A stretch of 64,000 nt of DNA from an uncultured Actinomycetota bacterium (lineage in GTDB: Bacteria; Actinomycetota; Actinomycetes; JAFAQI01), in the NCBI GenBank assembly GCA_963770565.1, contig CAVYQE010000002.1, forward strand, positions 512,001 to 576,000, in the 5' to 3' direction. Below the pieces are notes generated by a model. It worked only from the letters and a program-made list of their open reading frames with translations. It did no database searches and was not told the origin of the DNA. Positions 1-10,347 of the stretch are shown here, piece by piece (the stretch's first letter is position 1; each line of letters starts with the position of its first letter). Made by a program: the position numbers and the translations under genes.

Positions 1-1
1 C

Positions 2-607
2 CTGTCGGAGGCGCTGGACGAGGATCGGGCTGCCAACGCCGAACTGTGGGACTCACCGACCATGGTCGCCGGGCGGCGCTACCGCGGCGTGCTTCACGAC
101 GCGCTCGGATACTCGACGCTCACAAAGTCGGCGCGGCAGCGCGCCGACCGGTACGTCGTCGTCTTTTCCGGCCTGTGGGGAGCGACCCGGCCGACCGACT
201 TGCTCCCGGCGTACCGGGTCGGAATCGGCACGCAGCTCCCGCGGCAGCCCACCCTTCCCGCGCTCTGGCGCAAGCCGCTGCACGACGCGCTCGACGACCT
301 CGTTGCAACCACTGGCGCGATCGACCTCCGGTCATCGGGCTATACGCAGATGTACCGGCCGTCGGGCGGCGCCGCGCCCGAGCTGGTCGAAGTGAAGATC
401 ACCGGTCCGGACGGCCGGCGGGCAGCCGCGAGTTATCAGAGCAAGGTCGCGAAGGGGCGGTTGGCCCGGGCGATGCTGCGGGCGGGCGAGCCGAGCATCG
501 AGGCCCTGCTGGCAGCGGCCACCGCGATCGGGGTACTTGCCGACACCGACGGCGACGGCAGGGTAGTCGTGCGCCTGCCCGCCGGTTGGGGCCTGGTCGG
601 CACCTGA
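2..607 (+). CDS. Peroxide stress protein YaaA-like (DUF328), 5'-truncated by window edge
   Basis: Open frame from base 2; motifs 'RYRGVLHDAL', 'FSGLWG', 'IDLRSSGY', 'SKVAKGRLAR' resemble actinobacterial YaaA family. Confidence 0.75.
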   Translation: MSEALDEDRAANAELWDSPTMVAGRRYRGVLHDALGYSTLTKSARQRADRYVVVFSGLWGATRPTDLLPAYRVGIGTQLPRQPTLPALWRKPLHDALDDLVATTGAIDLRSSGYTQMYRPSGGAAPELVEVKITGPDGRRAAASYQSKVAKGRLARAMLRAGEPSIEALLAAATAIGVLADTDGDGRVVVRLPAGWGLVGT

Positions 608-614
608 GCAACGA

Positions 615-989
615 TCAGGCGTCGAGGATGAAGTACACCTTGCGCAACCGCTCGTGAACCGTCCATTTCGTCGGTGACCCTGGCGCAAAGCGAAGCACTG
701 ATCCGGGTCGCAGCTCGACCTCGCGTCCGTCGGCGAACCCGACCGTCGCATGCCCGGAGAGTACGACGAGCACCTCGTGCATCTCGACGTCATGCGTCAC
801 GCCAGGGGCAATCTCCCAGACGCCGATCTCGGTGAGCCGCTCAGCGGTTTCGTGCAGCGGGGCGGTGCCAGCGGTCGTCGCAACGTCGTCGGGATGCTCA
901 ATCGCTAGCGGCTCGTGATCAACGGTCAGCGCGGCGGCGTCAACGACCTCGTTCGCCGGCAACATCGGCACACTCTCAGCTGGCGACAC
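615..989 (-). CDS. Cupin-domain protein (DUF861/EutQ-like)
   Basis: 'GVWEIAPG...EVLVVLSGHATV...W.VHERLRKVY' cupin_3 pattern. Confidence 0.8.
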   Translation of the reverse strand: MSPAESVPMLPANEVVDAAALTVDHEPLAIEHPDDVATTAGTAPLHETAERLTEIGVWEIAPGVTHDVEMHEVLVVLSGHATVGFADGREVELRPGSVLRFAPGSPTKWTVHERLRKVYFILDA

Positions 990-1069
990 GCATCCCCCAC
1001 CGTTGTTTCAGTCGAGCAAAGTGCAAGAACCCTAGCCGGTATGGTCGGCGAGGTGAGCCGGAGCCGGTC

Positions 1070-1267
1070 GTGACCCGTGAGCGCGAAGAAGACCTCGCCG
1101 CGATCAGCGGCCTGGTCCTCTGGGCGATCGCCCTGGTGCTGCTTGCGACCGTCTTCCGGCACGACCTGCAGCGCCACCACGCGACCTGGTGGCTGTGGTC
1201 GTGCGGCCTCGCCCTACTTGTCGGTCTCTATGGCCTGAACTTCACCCGGCGCCGGCGTCGCGGCTGA
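1070..1267 (+). CDS. Small membrane protein, DUF2530-like
   Basis: Two TM helices, 'WWLWSC..GL.G' motif and Arg-rich tail; usual neighbour of DUF3027 locus. Confidence 0.65.
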   Translation: MTREREEDLAAISGLVLWAIALVLLATVFRHDLQRHHATWWLWSCGLALLVGLYGLNFTRRRRRG

Positions 1268-1579
1268 GTCGGTCTCGCGCTGCCGCGCGACCGCACGGTT
1301 GTAACGCCGGCCGACCAGCCGGAGCTGCACAATCCGCCCGACCCCGACGAGCAGGACCACGAGGGCGCCGGCAACGGCGGCGGCAAGCAGCGCGAGCGCC
1401 TCGGAGATCTGACCGGACGCACCGAGATAGTGCACCTGCACCTTTCGGTCGTTCTGCGCGATGAAGATGATCAGCAGGACCAGGAAGACGATCGCGACCG
1501 CTAGGGCAACCCAGGTCGAGCTCGTCCGGGTGCGCTCGGCTCGCACCGGGCCCTTGTTACGTCGTGCCATTGCCGTCAC
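1214..1579 (-). CDS. LapA/DUF1049 family membrane protein
   Basis: 'LLIIFIAQN...V.V.YLG' followed by second TM helix. Confidence 0.8.
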   Translation of the reverse strand: MTAMARRNKGPVRAERTRTSSTWVALAVAIVFLVLLIIFIAQNDRKVQVHYLGASGQISEALALLAAAVAGALVVLLVGVGRIVQLRLVGRRYNRAVARQRETDSAATPAPGEVQAIETDK

Positions 1580-4491
1580 TCCTCGTCATCATCCAGATCA
1601 TCCTCGTCATCAAGCGGAATGCCCATAGCGGGCTCGATCAACTCCTCGGTACGCCGATGCCGCTGGGCCCAGTGCCCGTCGCGCCACGCCCGACCCCGCC
1701 CGAGGCCCAATGCCAACTGCCGGGCATTGACATGCAGCGTGTCACCGGCAAGCCGCCACGCGACCTCCCGCGGCACGCCGTCGACGTCGGCGACCTGTAG
1801 GCCGTCATGGACCACGGCGTCGTCGACCTCGGTCCCAGCCGAAAGCACCGGGAACGCCGAAAGCTCGGTCGCGACCGGCACATGGAGGCGACCAGCGAGC
1901 GCCGACGCACGACCGGCCGCAACCGGCACGATCGACCAATCGCCGAGCAACCCGAGCAGGTCCGGCGCGTCGACGATGACCGCCGTGTGTGCTTCGACGA
2001 CTGCCAACCGCCCGGCCCGGATCGCCCGGACCGCCGCCGGCGGCTCGAAGAGCTGCTCCGAGAGCCACCCATCGATAGCGCGCAGCTGTGCCCGGCTGAC
2101 CCCGCGAGCCGGGTCGGCCAACCGAGCCAGCACGTCGTCGGGATCGACGTCGCGGAGCGACTCGGCCACACCGAGCGCGCGCAGGAACTCCTCGTCGTAG
2201 CCCGCGGGCGCGACGTCGTACAGGCCGTCGAGGACCGGATCGCCGCTCGCCAGCCGCAGCTCGCCCGGTACCTGGCCGGACAGCACCGGCTCGGACGACA
2301 GCCACCAGGCGGTGTAGGAGGCCACCCGTAGCCGATCGCCATCGGCCAGGCTGACCAACGCCGGTGACACGACCGCAGCCCGCATAGGCGGCTCAGCCAG
2401 CAGGGCGAGGAGCTCCGGCAGCGCGTCGGTCCGCACCTGCTCGAGGTCGCGAACCGCGACGAAGTCCTGCACGGCCGCCCCAGCCGGCAGCCCCGCCCAC
2501 CATGACGACTCGCCGTCGAGCTCGTGGGTCGGGCCGGTCGCGTCCTCGTCCCGGACCACGGCCGGCCGGTCGAGCACCCCCACCGCATCGAGGGTGGCCG
2601 CACCCCAGCGATCGACCCACGACGCAGACACGACGCCGAAGGGCGTGTCGTCCGCCACCAGTGCCGCCATCCGGCCGCCGGGCAGCAACAACTCCCCCGC
2701 CGGCCGCCACTCACCCGCGGCATCGGGAATCGCCAGGTCGGCCAGCCATGGCAACTCGTCGACGTTTGTGTCGGCCGCGGCCACCAGCGACAGCACCGCG
2801 ACGGCGACCGGTTCGGGATCGTCATCGTCGTACGACGCCTCGACCGCGGCCTGGACGTGGGGCTGCTCCAGCAGGCCGCGCGGGGTGCCGTCGCCCGCCC
2901 CGAGCGTGCGCAAGAGCTCGTGTGCCGCGGCCGGGTGTACGACCCGGATCCCGATCGCGGACAAGTCCACGGCCGGTGTCGAGTCGCTCGGGATCACCAG
3001 CCCGCGCGGTCCGGTCACCAGCCTGCCGTCGGCGAGTGGCACCGGCAGCGCGCCGAGTGCGTCCCGCTCAAGGCCGGGCGGCACCGCGACGTCGAGTGCG
3101 GCATAGAGCGCGCCCCACCAGGCCGGCTCGGCATCGACCGCGCCGACCGCCTGCACCAGCTCAGCCACAGACGGCCGCCGGACTCCCAACGCGGTCAGCT
3201 CCGGCCCGGCCCAGCCAGCCGGCAGCAACGACGGCACCACCTCGCGCAGCACCTCGACGAGCGGACCGGCGACGACCACCGCATCCCGCGGGCGTTGCCG
3301 GACCTCGGGATCCGCGGCGGCCGGTAGCCACGCGGTTTCGCGCAGCCGATCGAGCAGAGCGACGTGCAGGGCGCCGTCGATCGCGCCATCAGGGAAGCCG
3401 GTCGGCACCAGCCGGAGTTCCGAGGGGTCGGCCGGGCGCTCGGCCAACCCGGTTGCCAGCACCCGCGCCGCCTGAGCGGTGACCGCATCCGCGAGCGCCC
3501 CTGACGTGACCCGCCGACGCGTCGAGTCGAGCGGGTACGACGCGATCAGCACCGCGGGCAGGGTCAACGCGTCGTCGGTCGCGGTCGGCGCGCGAATCGC
3601 TCGCACCACCGAGCCCGGCAGCTCGACGAGCCGGTCCTCGGCGTCGACCGGCAGGGCCCAGGTCAGCTGCCAGCGGTCGAGTCCGCGTTCCTCGTGTGGG
3701 CGCTCGGCGAGCAGCTCCGGATCGAGCTCGCCGCTCTCGGTGATCACTGCCCAGCGGCTCGACTGCTCGCCGTCCTGCACGACCACGTGGTCGGCGTACC
3801 GCTCGGCCCGAAGCGCTCGCTCAATGCCGTCAAGCCGGACGACGACCTCCGAGAGGCCCGGCAAGGTCAGCAGCAGGGTCGCGTCGAGGGCATCGAGCTG
3901 CGCCCGGACGGCTGCCACCGCATCTGCGTCGCGAAGCGGCAGCACCACCGCCGTCACGCCGTCGTTCACGGCCACCTGAGGCGCATCGAACGGCAAGCGC
4001 AGCACCGGCACGCGATCGCCGCGCGCGGTGAGTTCGCCGGCCAACGCGGGAATGCCGGCGACCGCGGCACGCGCCCCGGAGCGCGACCACCGCACCGCGC
4101 CGCCCGTCGACGCGATCGCCGGCTCGTCGGTGACGGCGAGCACCGCGGCGAAGCCGACTCCGAACCGACCGACCGAGTCGGGTTGGTCGACCTTCGCCGA
4201 CGCCCGCGCGACCGAGATCGACTCGACCCCCGCCGGGTCGAGCGGAGCACCGGTGTTGGTCGCCGTCAGCACGTCACCGGCCAGCTCGACGACCAGGCGG
4301 CCAGGGACGCCGGCGCGGGTCGCCGCGTCGGCGGCGTTCTGAGCCAGCTCGACGACGACCCGGTCGCGATATCCGACCAGCGCGAGGTCGTCCTCGACGT
4401 TGGCATCCGCCCGGAGCCGCGCGGGTGACTCCTGCCACGCCGCCAGCACGCGGCGGCGAAGCTCCGCGGTGCCGAACGGGTCGCCCGTCAC
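1576..4491 (-). CDS. Sacsin N-terminal (GHKL/HATPase)-like protein
   Basis: 'ELAQNAADA', 'NTGAPL', 'VGRFGVGFAAV' GHKL motifs; 971 aa; synteny with DUF3027. Confidence 0.8.
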   Translation of the reverse strand: MTGDPFGTAELRRRVLAAWQESPARLRADANVEDDLALVGYRDRVVVELAQNAADAATRAGVPGRLVVELAGDVLTATNTGAPLDPAGVESISVARASAKVDQPDSVGRFGVGFAAVLAVTDEPAIASTGGAVRWSRSGARAAVAGIPALAGELTARGDRVPVLRLPFDAPQVAVNDGVTAVVLPLRDADAVAAVRAQLDALDATLLLTLPGLSEVVVRLDGIERALRAERYADHVVVQDGEQSSRWAVITESGELDPELLAERPHEERGLDRWQLTWALPVDAEDRLVELPGSVVRAIRAPTATDDALTLPAVLIASYPLDSTRRRVTSGALADAVTAQAARVLATGLAERPADPSELRLVPTGFPDGAIDGALHVALLDRLRETAWLPAAADPEVRQRPRDAVVVAGPLVEVLREVVPSLLPAGWAGPELTALGVRRPSVAELVQAVGAVDAEPAWWGALYAALDVAVPPGLERDALGALPVPLADGRLVTGPRGLVIPSDSTPAVDLSAIGIRVVHPAAAHELLRTLGAGDGTPRGLLEQPHVQAAVEASYDDDDPEPVAVAVLSLVAAADTNVDELPWLADLAIPDAAGEWRPAGELLLPGGRMAALVADDTPFGVVSASWVDRWGAATLDAVGVLDRPAVVRDEDATGPTHELDGESSWWAGLPAGAAVQDFVAVRDLEQVRTDALPELLALLAEPPMRAAVVSPALVSLADGDRLRVASYTAWWLSSEPVLSGQVPGELRLASGDPVLDGLYDVAPAGYDEEFLRALGVAESLRDVDPDDVLARLADPARGVSRAQLRAIDGWLSEQLFEPPAAVRAIRAGRLAVVEAHTAVIVDAPDLLGLLGDWSIVPVAAGRASALAGRLHVPVATELSAFPVLSAGTEVDDAVVHDGLQVADVDGVPREVAWRLAGDTLHVNARQLALGLGRGRAWRDGHWAQRHRRTEELIEPAMGIPLDDEDDLDDDEE

Positions 4492-4505
4492 CTCAGCGGT
4501 CGGGC

Positions 4506-5384
4506 TCAGGAGTGGCCGAGCGGCTCAGCGACCTCGGCGTCGCTGACCGAGCCGGGCTCGTGCCCGACCGGACCGCCGACGATGTCGTAGCCGGGGCCCT
4601 CTTCCGACAACGCAGCCGGCGAAGGGCCGGCCGGAAGCACGACCGCCTGCGAGTGCGCACCGCACCCGTGATCGACCGCGACGACCCGACCGTCGTCCGG
4701 GGCGAACTCGTTGGCACATGCCCCGAACGCCTGCTGGAGCGCGCCGGACAGCGGAACGTAGAAGCCGCAGGTCGCACACGATGCCGGCGCGGCCCGCGCC
4801 ATGCTCGACTGCGGACCGGCCTCGCCGTCGTACCAGCGTTCGACCGCCTCGACCCGCCCCTCGTAGGACAGGACGCGCTCGCGACCGAGGCCGAACTCGT
4901 AGGCGACCTCGCGCTCCTCGTCGTCGTCGGTCATGAAGAACGCCGGGGCCAGCCGCGGGTCGTCGGCCGCGGTCGGGAGCAGGTCGCCGACCCCGAGGTC
5001 GCCGGGGCGCAGGCGCTCGCTCCACGGCACCCACTCGGGCGTGAGCAGGGCATCGGATCCCGGCAACAGGACCACGTCGTCGACCGTCACCGACTTCGAC
5101 CGCGAAGCCCGTACGACCGTGACCGCCCAACACCATCCGCGGTACGCCGGGTCGAGGGTGGCGAACAGGTGTGTGACGACCCGCGCGTCGTCGACGCTGA
5201 TGCCGACGTGGTCGCCGACCAGGCCGGGCGCATCGTGCTCGGCGGCCGCGCGGGCCACGTCGATCGCGGCCGCGGCGATCTCATCGGGCGCCGATCCGGA
5301 TTGACCGGTGGCAACGACCTCGTCGACCACCGGCTCGAGCAGGGATGGCGCGTCGGCAGTCGTCACATGATTAGTGTCGCTCAT
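4506..5384 (-). CDS. DUF3027 domain protein (Rv0877-like)
   Basis: 'PEWVPWSERLRPGDLGVGDLL', 'CATCGF', 'GCGAHS' motifs. Confidence 0.9.
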   Translation of the reverse strand: MSDTNHVTTADAPSLLEPVVDEVVATGQSGSAPDEIAAAAIDVARAAAEHDAPGLVGDHVGISVDDARVVTHLFATLDPAYRGWCWAVTVVRASRSKSVTVDDVVLLPGSDALLTPEWVPWSERLRPGDLGVGDLLPTAADDPRLAPAFFMTDDDEEREVAYEFGLGRERVLSYEGRVEAVERWYDGEAGPQSSMARAAPASCATCGFYVPLSGALQQAFGACANEFAPDDGRVVAVDHGCGAHSQAVVLPAGPSPAALSEEGPGYDIVGGPVGHEPGSVSDAEVAEPLGHS

Positions 5385-6789
5385 GGACCCCGGTCACGAC
5401 GAACCAGCGCTGCAGAGCGAGCGTGCAGCCGCCGGGTGGCCGCGGCGGCTGCTCGTCAGTGTGGGACACGCGCTGCGCGGCGGGGCCCGCCGAGTGCGCC
5501 AGTGGAATCGCAGTGCCGGCGCGGGCGCGTCCGGGCTGGCCGCCCTCGTCGAGACGCACTCCCTGCAGTCCGCCGGCGACGCCACGGTGGCGGTGGCTCT
5601 GGCCGGGTCGCTGTTCTTCTCGGTGCCGACCCACGAGGCTCGCAGTCGGGTCGCGCTCTACCTGCTCATCACGATGGTGCCGTTCGCCGTCGTCGCGCCC
5701 GTGCTCGGGCCGGCCCTCGACCGGTTCCGCCGCGGCCGCCGGATCGCACTCGCCGTCACCATGGCGGCTCGGGCGGTGCTGGCGCTGGCGATCGGGCACA
5801 GCCTCGCGCATCACCCGAGCGTCGCGCAGACGCTGACGCTCTACCCGGCGGCGCTCGGGGTGCTGGTCGCGAGCAAGGCGTACGGGATTGCGCGCAGCGC
5901 CGCCGTACCCCGATTGGTACCGGCCGGCATGACCCTGGTGCAGGCAAACGCACGGCTGACCCTGGCCGGCGTGATCGCGCCCGCCGTCGCCGGCACACTC
6001 GCGGTCGCCGTGCTGAAGGCGCTCGGCCATCGCACCGAGCTGCTGCTCGGCGCGGCCGTGTACGTGCTGGCGGCGCTGTCGACGATGCGCTTGCCTGCGA
6101 CCGCCGACGGCGATCCGGAGACGGCGGCCGCACCGATGTCGACCGGCGGCCTGGTCCGGCTCGGCAAGCTGGGGAGCGACGTCCAGCACGCGCTGCAGAC
6201 CGCCGCGGCGATGCGCTGGCTGTCCGGATTCATGTTGCTCTTCGGCGCTTTTCTGGTCCGGATCCATCCGGTGGGCGGCTTGTCGGCCAACGTCTGCCTC
6301 GCCGCGCTCGCGGTCGGCATCGGCCTCGGCAACCTGCTCGGGACGATCTTGGGACCGCGTACGGCGACCGTTGCCGCCAACCGGCTCGCGGTCGTCCTGC
6401 TCGCCGCGACGACCGCCGCGTGTGTGGTGACGATCTTCGACTTCGGGCTGTTCACGGTCTTTGCGCTCGCTCTCATCGCGGCTGCGGCTGCGGCGGTGTC
6501 GAAGCTGGCTCTCGACGCAACCATCCAGCGCCGGATCGACGACGAGGTGCGAACGTCGATGTTCGCGCGCTCCGAAACGACGCTCCAGCTGTCCTGGGTG
6601 GTCGGCGGCGCGGTCGGCATCCTGCTGCCGACCAACGCGGTCCTCGGATTCACCGTTGCCGCAGCGGTGCTTGGTGCCGCCCTGGCGGTCGTGCTCGGAT
6701 ACCGGCCGAAGCGCAGACCCCACCCGGGTCCACCGGATCCGCAGAACCCACCGGGCCCGCGGAGCGCGCCGCCGATCGAGGCAGGTTAG
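5374..6789 (+). CDS. MFS transporter (Rv0876c-like)
   Basis: Multiple TM helices; '[17 protein letters not shown]', '[13 protein letters not shown]'. Confidence 0.85.
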   Translation: MSLMDPGHDEPALQSERAAAGWPRRLLVSVGHALRGGARRVRQWNRSAGAGASGLAALVETHSLQSAGDATVAVALAGSLFFSVPTHEARSRVALYLLITMVPFAVVAPVLGPALDRFRRGRRIALAVTMAARAVLALAIGHSLAHHPSVAQTLTLYPAALGVLVASKAYGIARSAAVPRLVPAGMTLVQANARLTLAGVIAPAVAGTLAVAVLKALGHRTELLLGAAVYVLAALSTMRLPATADGDPETAAAPMSTGGLVRLGKLGSDVQHALQTAAAMRWLSGFMLLFGAFLVRIHPVGGLSANVCLAALAVGIGLGNLLGTILGPRTATVAANRLAVVLLAATTAACVVTIFDFGLFTVFALALIAAAAAAVSKLALDATIQRRIDDEVRTSMFARSETTLQLSWVVGGAVGILLPTNAVLGFTVAAAVLGAALAVVLGYRPKRRPHPGPPDPQNPPGPRSAPPIEAG

Positions 6790-7169
6790 CCCTCGAGCTC
6801 GGCGGCGACCGCCCGCATCACCTGGGCGACCCGCTGGCTGCTCTGCTTGTCCGGGTAACGGCCACGGCGAAGGTCCGGCTGCACCTTCGATTCGAGCAAC
6901 TTGATCATGTCGTCGATCACGCCGTGCAGCTCATCAGCCGGCCGGCGGTTCGCGGCTGCAACCGATGGGATCGGGTCGAGCACCCGCACCGACAACGCCT
7001 GCTCGCCGCGCCGGCCCTCGGCCACGCCGAACTCGACCCGCGCGCCGGGCTTGAGCGCCGTACCCTCCGGAAGCGACGAAGCGTGCACGTAGACGTCGCC
7101 GCCGTCATCACGGGCCAAGAAGCCGAAGCCCTTGTCCACGTCGAACCACTTGACCTTGCCGGTGGGCAC
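6786..7169 (-). CDS. Cold-shock domain protein (CspB-type with C-terminal extension)
   Basis: GTG start; '[17 protein letters not shown]...DVYVH' RNP1/RNP2 motifs. Confidence 0.92.
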   Translation of the reverse strand: MPTGKVKWFDVDKGFGFLARDDGGDVYVHASSLPEGTALKPGARVEFGVAEGRRGEQALSVRVLDPIPSVAAANRRPADELHGVIDDMIKLLESKVQPDLRRGRYPDKQSSQRVAQVMRAVAAELEG

Positions 7170-7280
7170 GATGACCTTCTCTACCTCGAATTCGCAGCGC
7201 AGCAGACCTGCGCCCCGCAAGGCTAGCCGGATATGCGATCTTTCTGCGCCTCGATTTGCTCCAGGCGAAGTCCGCGCGGC

Positions 7281-8705
7281 TCAGCGCCAGCGCTCGGGGT
7301 CGGGCAGCCGCTCGTTCATCGCGCCGCTCCGGAAGCCACGCTGATCGAGCTCGACCCGGTCGAAGCCGGCGACGGCAGCGAGCAGTGACGGTCGCTCGGC
7401 GACCGCGGCGACCAGCTCCGGATCCACCTCGACCATCGCCCGGTCGCCAAGGTCGCGCACCCGCAGATCCCGCACGTCGAGACCGGCATCGGCCAGCGCG
7501 ATCCGCAATGCGGACTCCGCCCGCTCCACCCTCGAGAGCCGGGCCGCGGTGACCTCGACGCCGTACGCGATCCGGCTCGACAGGCACGCGGCCGCCGGCT
7601 TGTCCCAGGTCGGCAGCAACCACTGCCGGCTGGCCGCCCGCACTTGGGCCTTGGTCAGCCCGGCGTCGAGCAGCGGCGTCACGGCGCCGCGTTCGGCCGC
7701 CGCCCGGATGCCGGGACGGAACCCGGTGGCGGCGTCGTCGGCATTCGTGCCGGTCGCGATGTGGGCGATCCCCAGCTCGCCGGCCAGCGGCGTGAGGACG
7801 TCGAGTAGCTCGGCCTTGCAGAAGAAGCAGCGATCGCCGGCGTTCGCGCGGTAGCCCTCGCGGGCCAGCTCGTCGGTCGTCGGGGTGAGGTGGCGTACGC
7901 CGAGCGCCTCGGCGAACCGCCTGGCCTCGTCGAGCTCGCGGGCCGGCAGACTTGGCGAGACGGCTGTGGCCGCGACGACCTGCTCGGGTCCGAGGGCTCG
8001 CGCCGCTGCGGCCAGCAGGAAGGCCGAGTCGGCGCCACCGCTGAACGCGACCAGTACGGTCTCGAGCTCCTGCAAGCGGTCCTGCAGGCTCAGCAGCCGA
8101 GTGTCGAGCAGGTACGACGCCAGCCAGTCCGGGAACTCCTCGAGGCTGCCGAGGACGACGTCGGCACCCGCGGCTTCAAGTGCCGCGGCGTCGTCCGGGC
8201 CGGTGGTCACGGCAACGGCAACCGCACCGCAGGTGTGCGCCGCGAGCATGTCGCCGGTGTGGTCGCCGACGTAGATCGTGGCGGCGCGGGTCGCGAGCGC
8301 GTCACCCTTGGTCGGTCCCCAGAGCTGGCCGAGCGTCTCGTCGGTCTCGAGACCCAGTCGCTGTTGCGTTGCGAGGGCAAGGGGCGCGGACTTCGCCGTG
8401 ACCAGCAGAGTGCGGCCGCCGTTCGCGCGCACCGCGTCGAGCGCTGCTGCCGCACCGGGCATTGCCGACGTGCCCTCGACACCGAGAGTCGCGAAGATCT
8501 CGCGGTATCGCTCGATCGCCGGGGCGATCGCCTCCGCGGGCACCCATTCGGCTACCTCCACCTCGAGCGGCGGGCCCAATCGCGAGGCTGCCAGCTCGGC
8601 GTCGATCGCTACGCCGAGCTCTGCACTCAAGGCGGTGAACGTGGCGATGACCCCAGGCCGTGGATCGGCGAGGGTCATGTCGAGATCAAAGCCGACCACC
8701 AGCAC
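7281..8705 (-). CDS. larE: HAD-family hydrolase fused to LarE-type ATP-dependent sulfur insertase
   Basis: N-terminal 'FDLDMTL' and 'YVGDHTGD' HAD motifs; C-terminal PP-loop 'AFSGGADS', 'RCFFCK', 'AACLSSR'; single frame; start inferred at GTG 8705. Confidence 0.8.
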   Translation of the reverse strand: MLVVGFDLDMTLADPRPGVIATFTALSAELGVAIDAELAASRLGPPLEVEVAEWVPAEAIAPAIERYREIFATLGVEGTSAMPGAAAALDAVRANGGRTLLVTAKSAPLALATQQRLGLETDETLGQLWGPTKGDALATRAATIYVGDHTGDMLAAHTCGAVAVAVTTGPDDAAALEAAGADVVLGSLEEFPDWLASYLLDTRLLSLQDRLQELETVLVAFSGGADSAFLLAAAARALGPEQVVAATAVSPSLPARELDEARRFAEALGVRHLTPTTDELAREGYRANAGDRCFFCKAELLDVLTPLAGELGIAHIATGTNADDAATGFRPGIRAAAERGAVTPLLDAGLTKAQVRAASRQWLLPTWDKPAAACLSSRIAYGVEVTAARLSRVERAESALRIALADAGLDVRDLRVRDLGDRAMVEVDPELVAAVAERPSLLAAVAGFDRVELDQRGFRSGAMNERLPDPERWR

Positions 8706-8846
8706 AGTGGGGAGCCTACGGTTCGTGAGCAGAACGCCGTACCCCGCTCGTAGTGGCGCACGAACCGGTCGGCTGTGGACAACGCCGACGCCTCGCCTCC
8801 CGGATCCGTACGGTGACGCGACATCCACGACCGCAGGAGGCCTCAC

Positions 8847-9140
8847 ATGCCAGGAATTCGCGTCACCCCGGAGCAGCTCGCGTCGATGTCGGCGCGGGTC
8901 AGCAACGGCGCCGCCCACATCGAAGGCGAACTCGCCGGTCTCGCCGGATCGCTCGCGCCACTCGGCGGCGACTGGGCGGGCGTTGCCCAGCAGCGGTTCG
9001 AGGCGCTCTGGTCGGAATGGCAGCGCAGCGCCCGAGGCCTACACGACGCGCTGAGCGGGATCAGCGTGCTGCTCGCGCAAGCCGGCTCCCACTACGCCGA
9101 GGCCGAGCAAGCAATCGCCGGCTCCTTCGCCGCGATGTGA
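8847..9140 (+). CDS. WXG100 (ESAT-6-like) type VII secretion substrate
   Basis: 97 aa, central W-A-G, 'IRVTPEQL' N-terminus, 'YAEAE' C-terminal motif, RBS AGGAGG. Confidence 0.9.
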   Translation: MPGIRVTPEQLASMSARVSNGAAHIEGELAGLAGSLAPLGGDWAGVAQQRFEALWSEWQRSARGLHDALSGISVLLAQAGSHYAEAEQAIAGSFAAM

Positions 9141-9256
9141 CCGGGATGCGGCAATGGCCGCTCGAGGCCCGGTCGCCTACCAACTCGCCGTACTCGACAC
9201 CAGAGTCGTAGACCGAACCGCGCATTACCGGCGTACTTGCTCGGTCGGGCGGTCGA

Positions 9257-9631
9257 CTACCTCGTTCCCCAGATCTTCTCCTGCAACGCGGTGTCAGAGG
9301 CGATTTGGAACTTCACCACCTTGCCGTCACGGAAGGTGAGAGCGTCGACCGAGTCAGATGACTGGCCGTCCGCAGTCGTGCTGGTGAGCACGACGACCCG
9401 GTCCTCGTCGGCGAGGAAGTGCTGTGGTGCGCTGGTGAAGCCCTTTTCCGGCAGCTTCATCCAGAAGCCGATCACCTCAGACTTCCCGCGATAGGTACCG
9501 CTGATCGTGCTGTTGCCGGGGACAATCCACTCGATGTCGTCGGCGAGGTTCTCTGCCGCGCCCGCCACGTCCCCAGAAGCAAACGCGGCGTAAGCCTTCT
9601 TAGTGTTCGCGAGGTTCTCCTCCGCTGACAT
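9257..9631 (-). CDS. SnoaL/NTF2-like protein
   Basis: 'YAAFASGD...LADDIEW..PG....G...G' pattern; ATG at 9631 with GGAGG RBS. Confidence 0.85.
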   Translation of the reverse strand: MSAEENLANTKKAYAAFASGDVAGAAENLADDIEWIVPGNSTISGTYRGKSEVIGFWMKLPEKGFTSAPQHFLADEDRVVVLTSTTADGQSSDSVDALTFRDGKVVKFQIASDTALQEKIWGTR

Positions 9632-9841
9632 GCTGACCTCCCGTTGGCTCTGTCCGGAGCGATGGGCACAGCGAACCACTGTTGGTCCGATCGTGAAAGG
9701 GCCCACCCGTCTGGACGGCCATGTGATCGTCACACCCAAACGAGGCGACGTGCCGTTCTGGGTCGGTGAAGTCCGGCGGCGCGGTAGTGTCCGGCCACGA
9801 TCTTCGCGAAGACACGCGAAGCGCAGCCCATGGGAGCCGCT

Positions 9842-10105
9842 ATGCCAACCGTGCTTGGCCACCACGATGTGAAGGACACAGACCATTGGCTCGCCTCGCC
9901 GAAGCGCGAAGAGTTCTTCGGACCACTCGGCGTGACGAACATCCGGACCTTCGTCAACCCCGATAACCGATCCCAGGTCGCGGTGCTGATGGACGTCGCT
10001 GACATGGACGCCTTCACGGCTGGCATGCAAAGCCAGGAGGCTGCCGACGCGATGACTCATGACGGAGTTCTGCCCGAGACCCTGGTGATTCTGCTCGAGA
10101 CGTAA
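9842..10105 (+). CDS. Small hypothetical protein (possible dimeric alpha/beta barrel)
   Basis: 87 aa, coding-like codon usage; 'HHDVKD..HW' and 'AM..DGV' resemble cyclase/ABM-like proteins. Confidence 0.65.
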   Translation: MPTVLGHHDVKDTDHWLASPKREEFFGPLGVTNIRTFVNPDNRSQVAVLMDVADMDAFTAGMQSQEAADAMTHDGVLPETLVILLET

Positions 10106-10347
10106 GGACCCGCGCAGGCCGGCAACCGCGCCGCGCATGGGCGGCGCCCGCACTCTGTCCGGCAGTAACCAGAACAAGATCATCGCCACCCAGGGGTGGT
10201 AGCGGACCCCTAATCCGCCATGGCTGTCTGGCCTGGTTCGAACCGGCGAGGCGACCGAGGTCATCAACAACCATGCCGGTGCATCCAGAGTCTCAGGAGT
10301 ATGCGACCTACGCTCTGGACGCTGGCGGCGTGGAGGTGGGGCGACCG

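Noticed and set aside
1576-4491. Sacsin-like ATPase as a defence-system core
   Set aside because: It lies in the conserved DUF3027/MFS/csp neighbourhood, with no nuclease or other defence partner recognised.
4425-7226. 933-aa plus-strand ORF
   Set aside because: Arg/Gly-rich, has no motifs and overlaps three well-supported genes.
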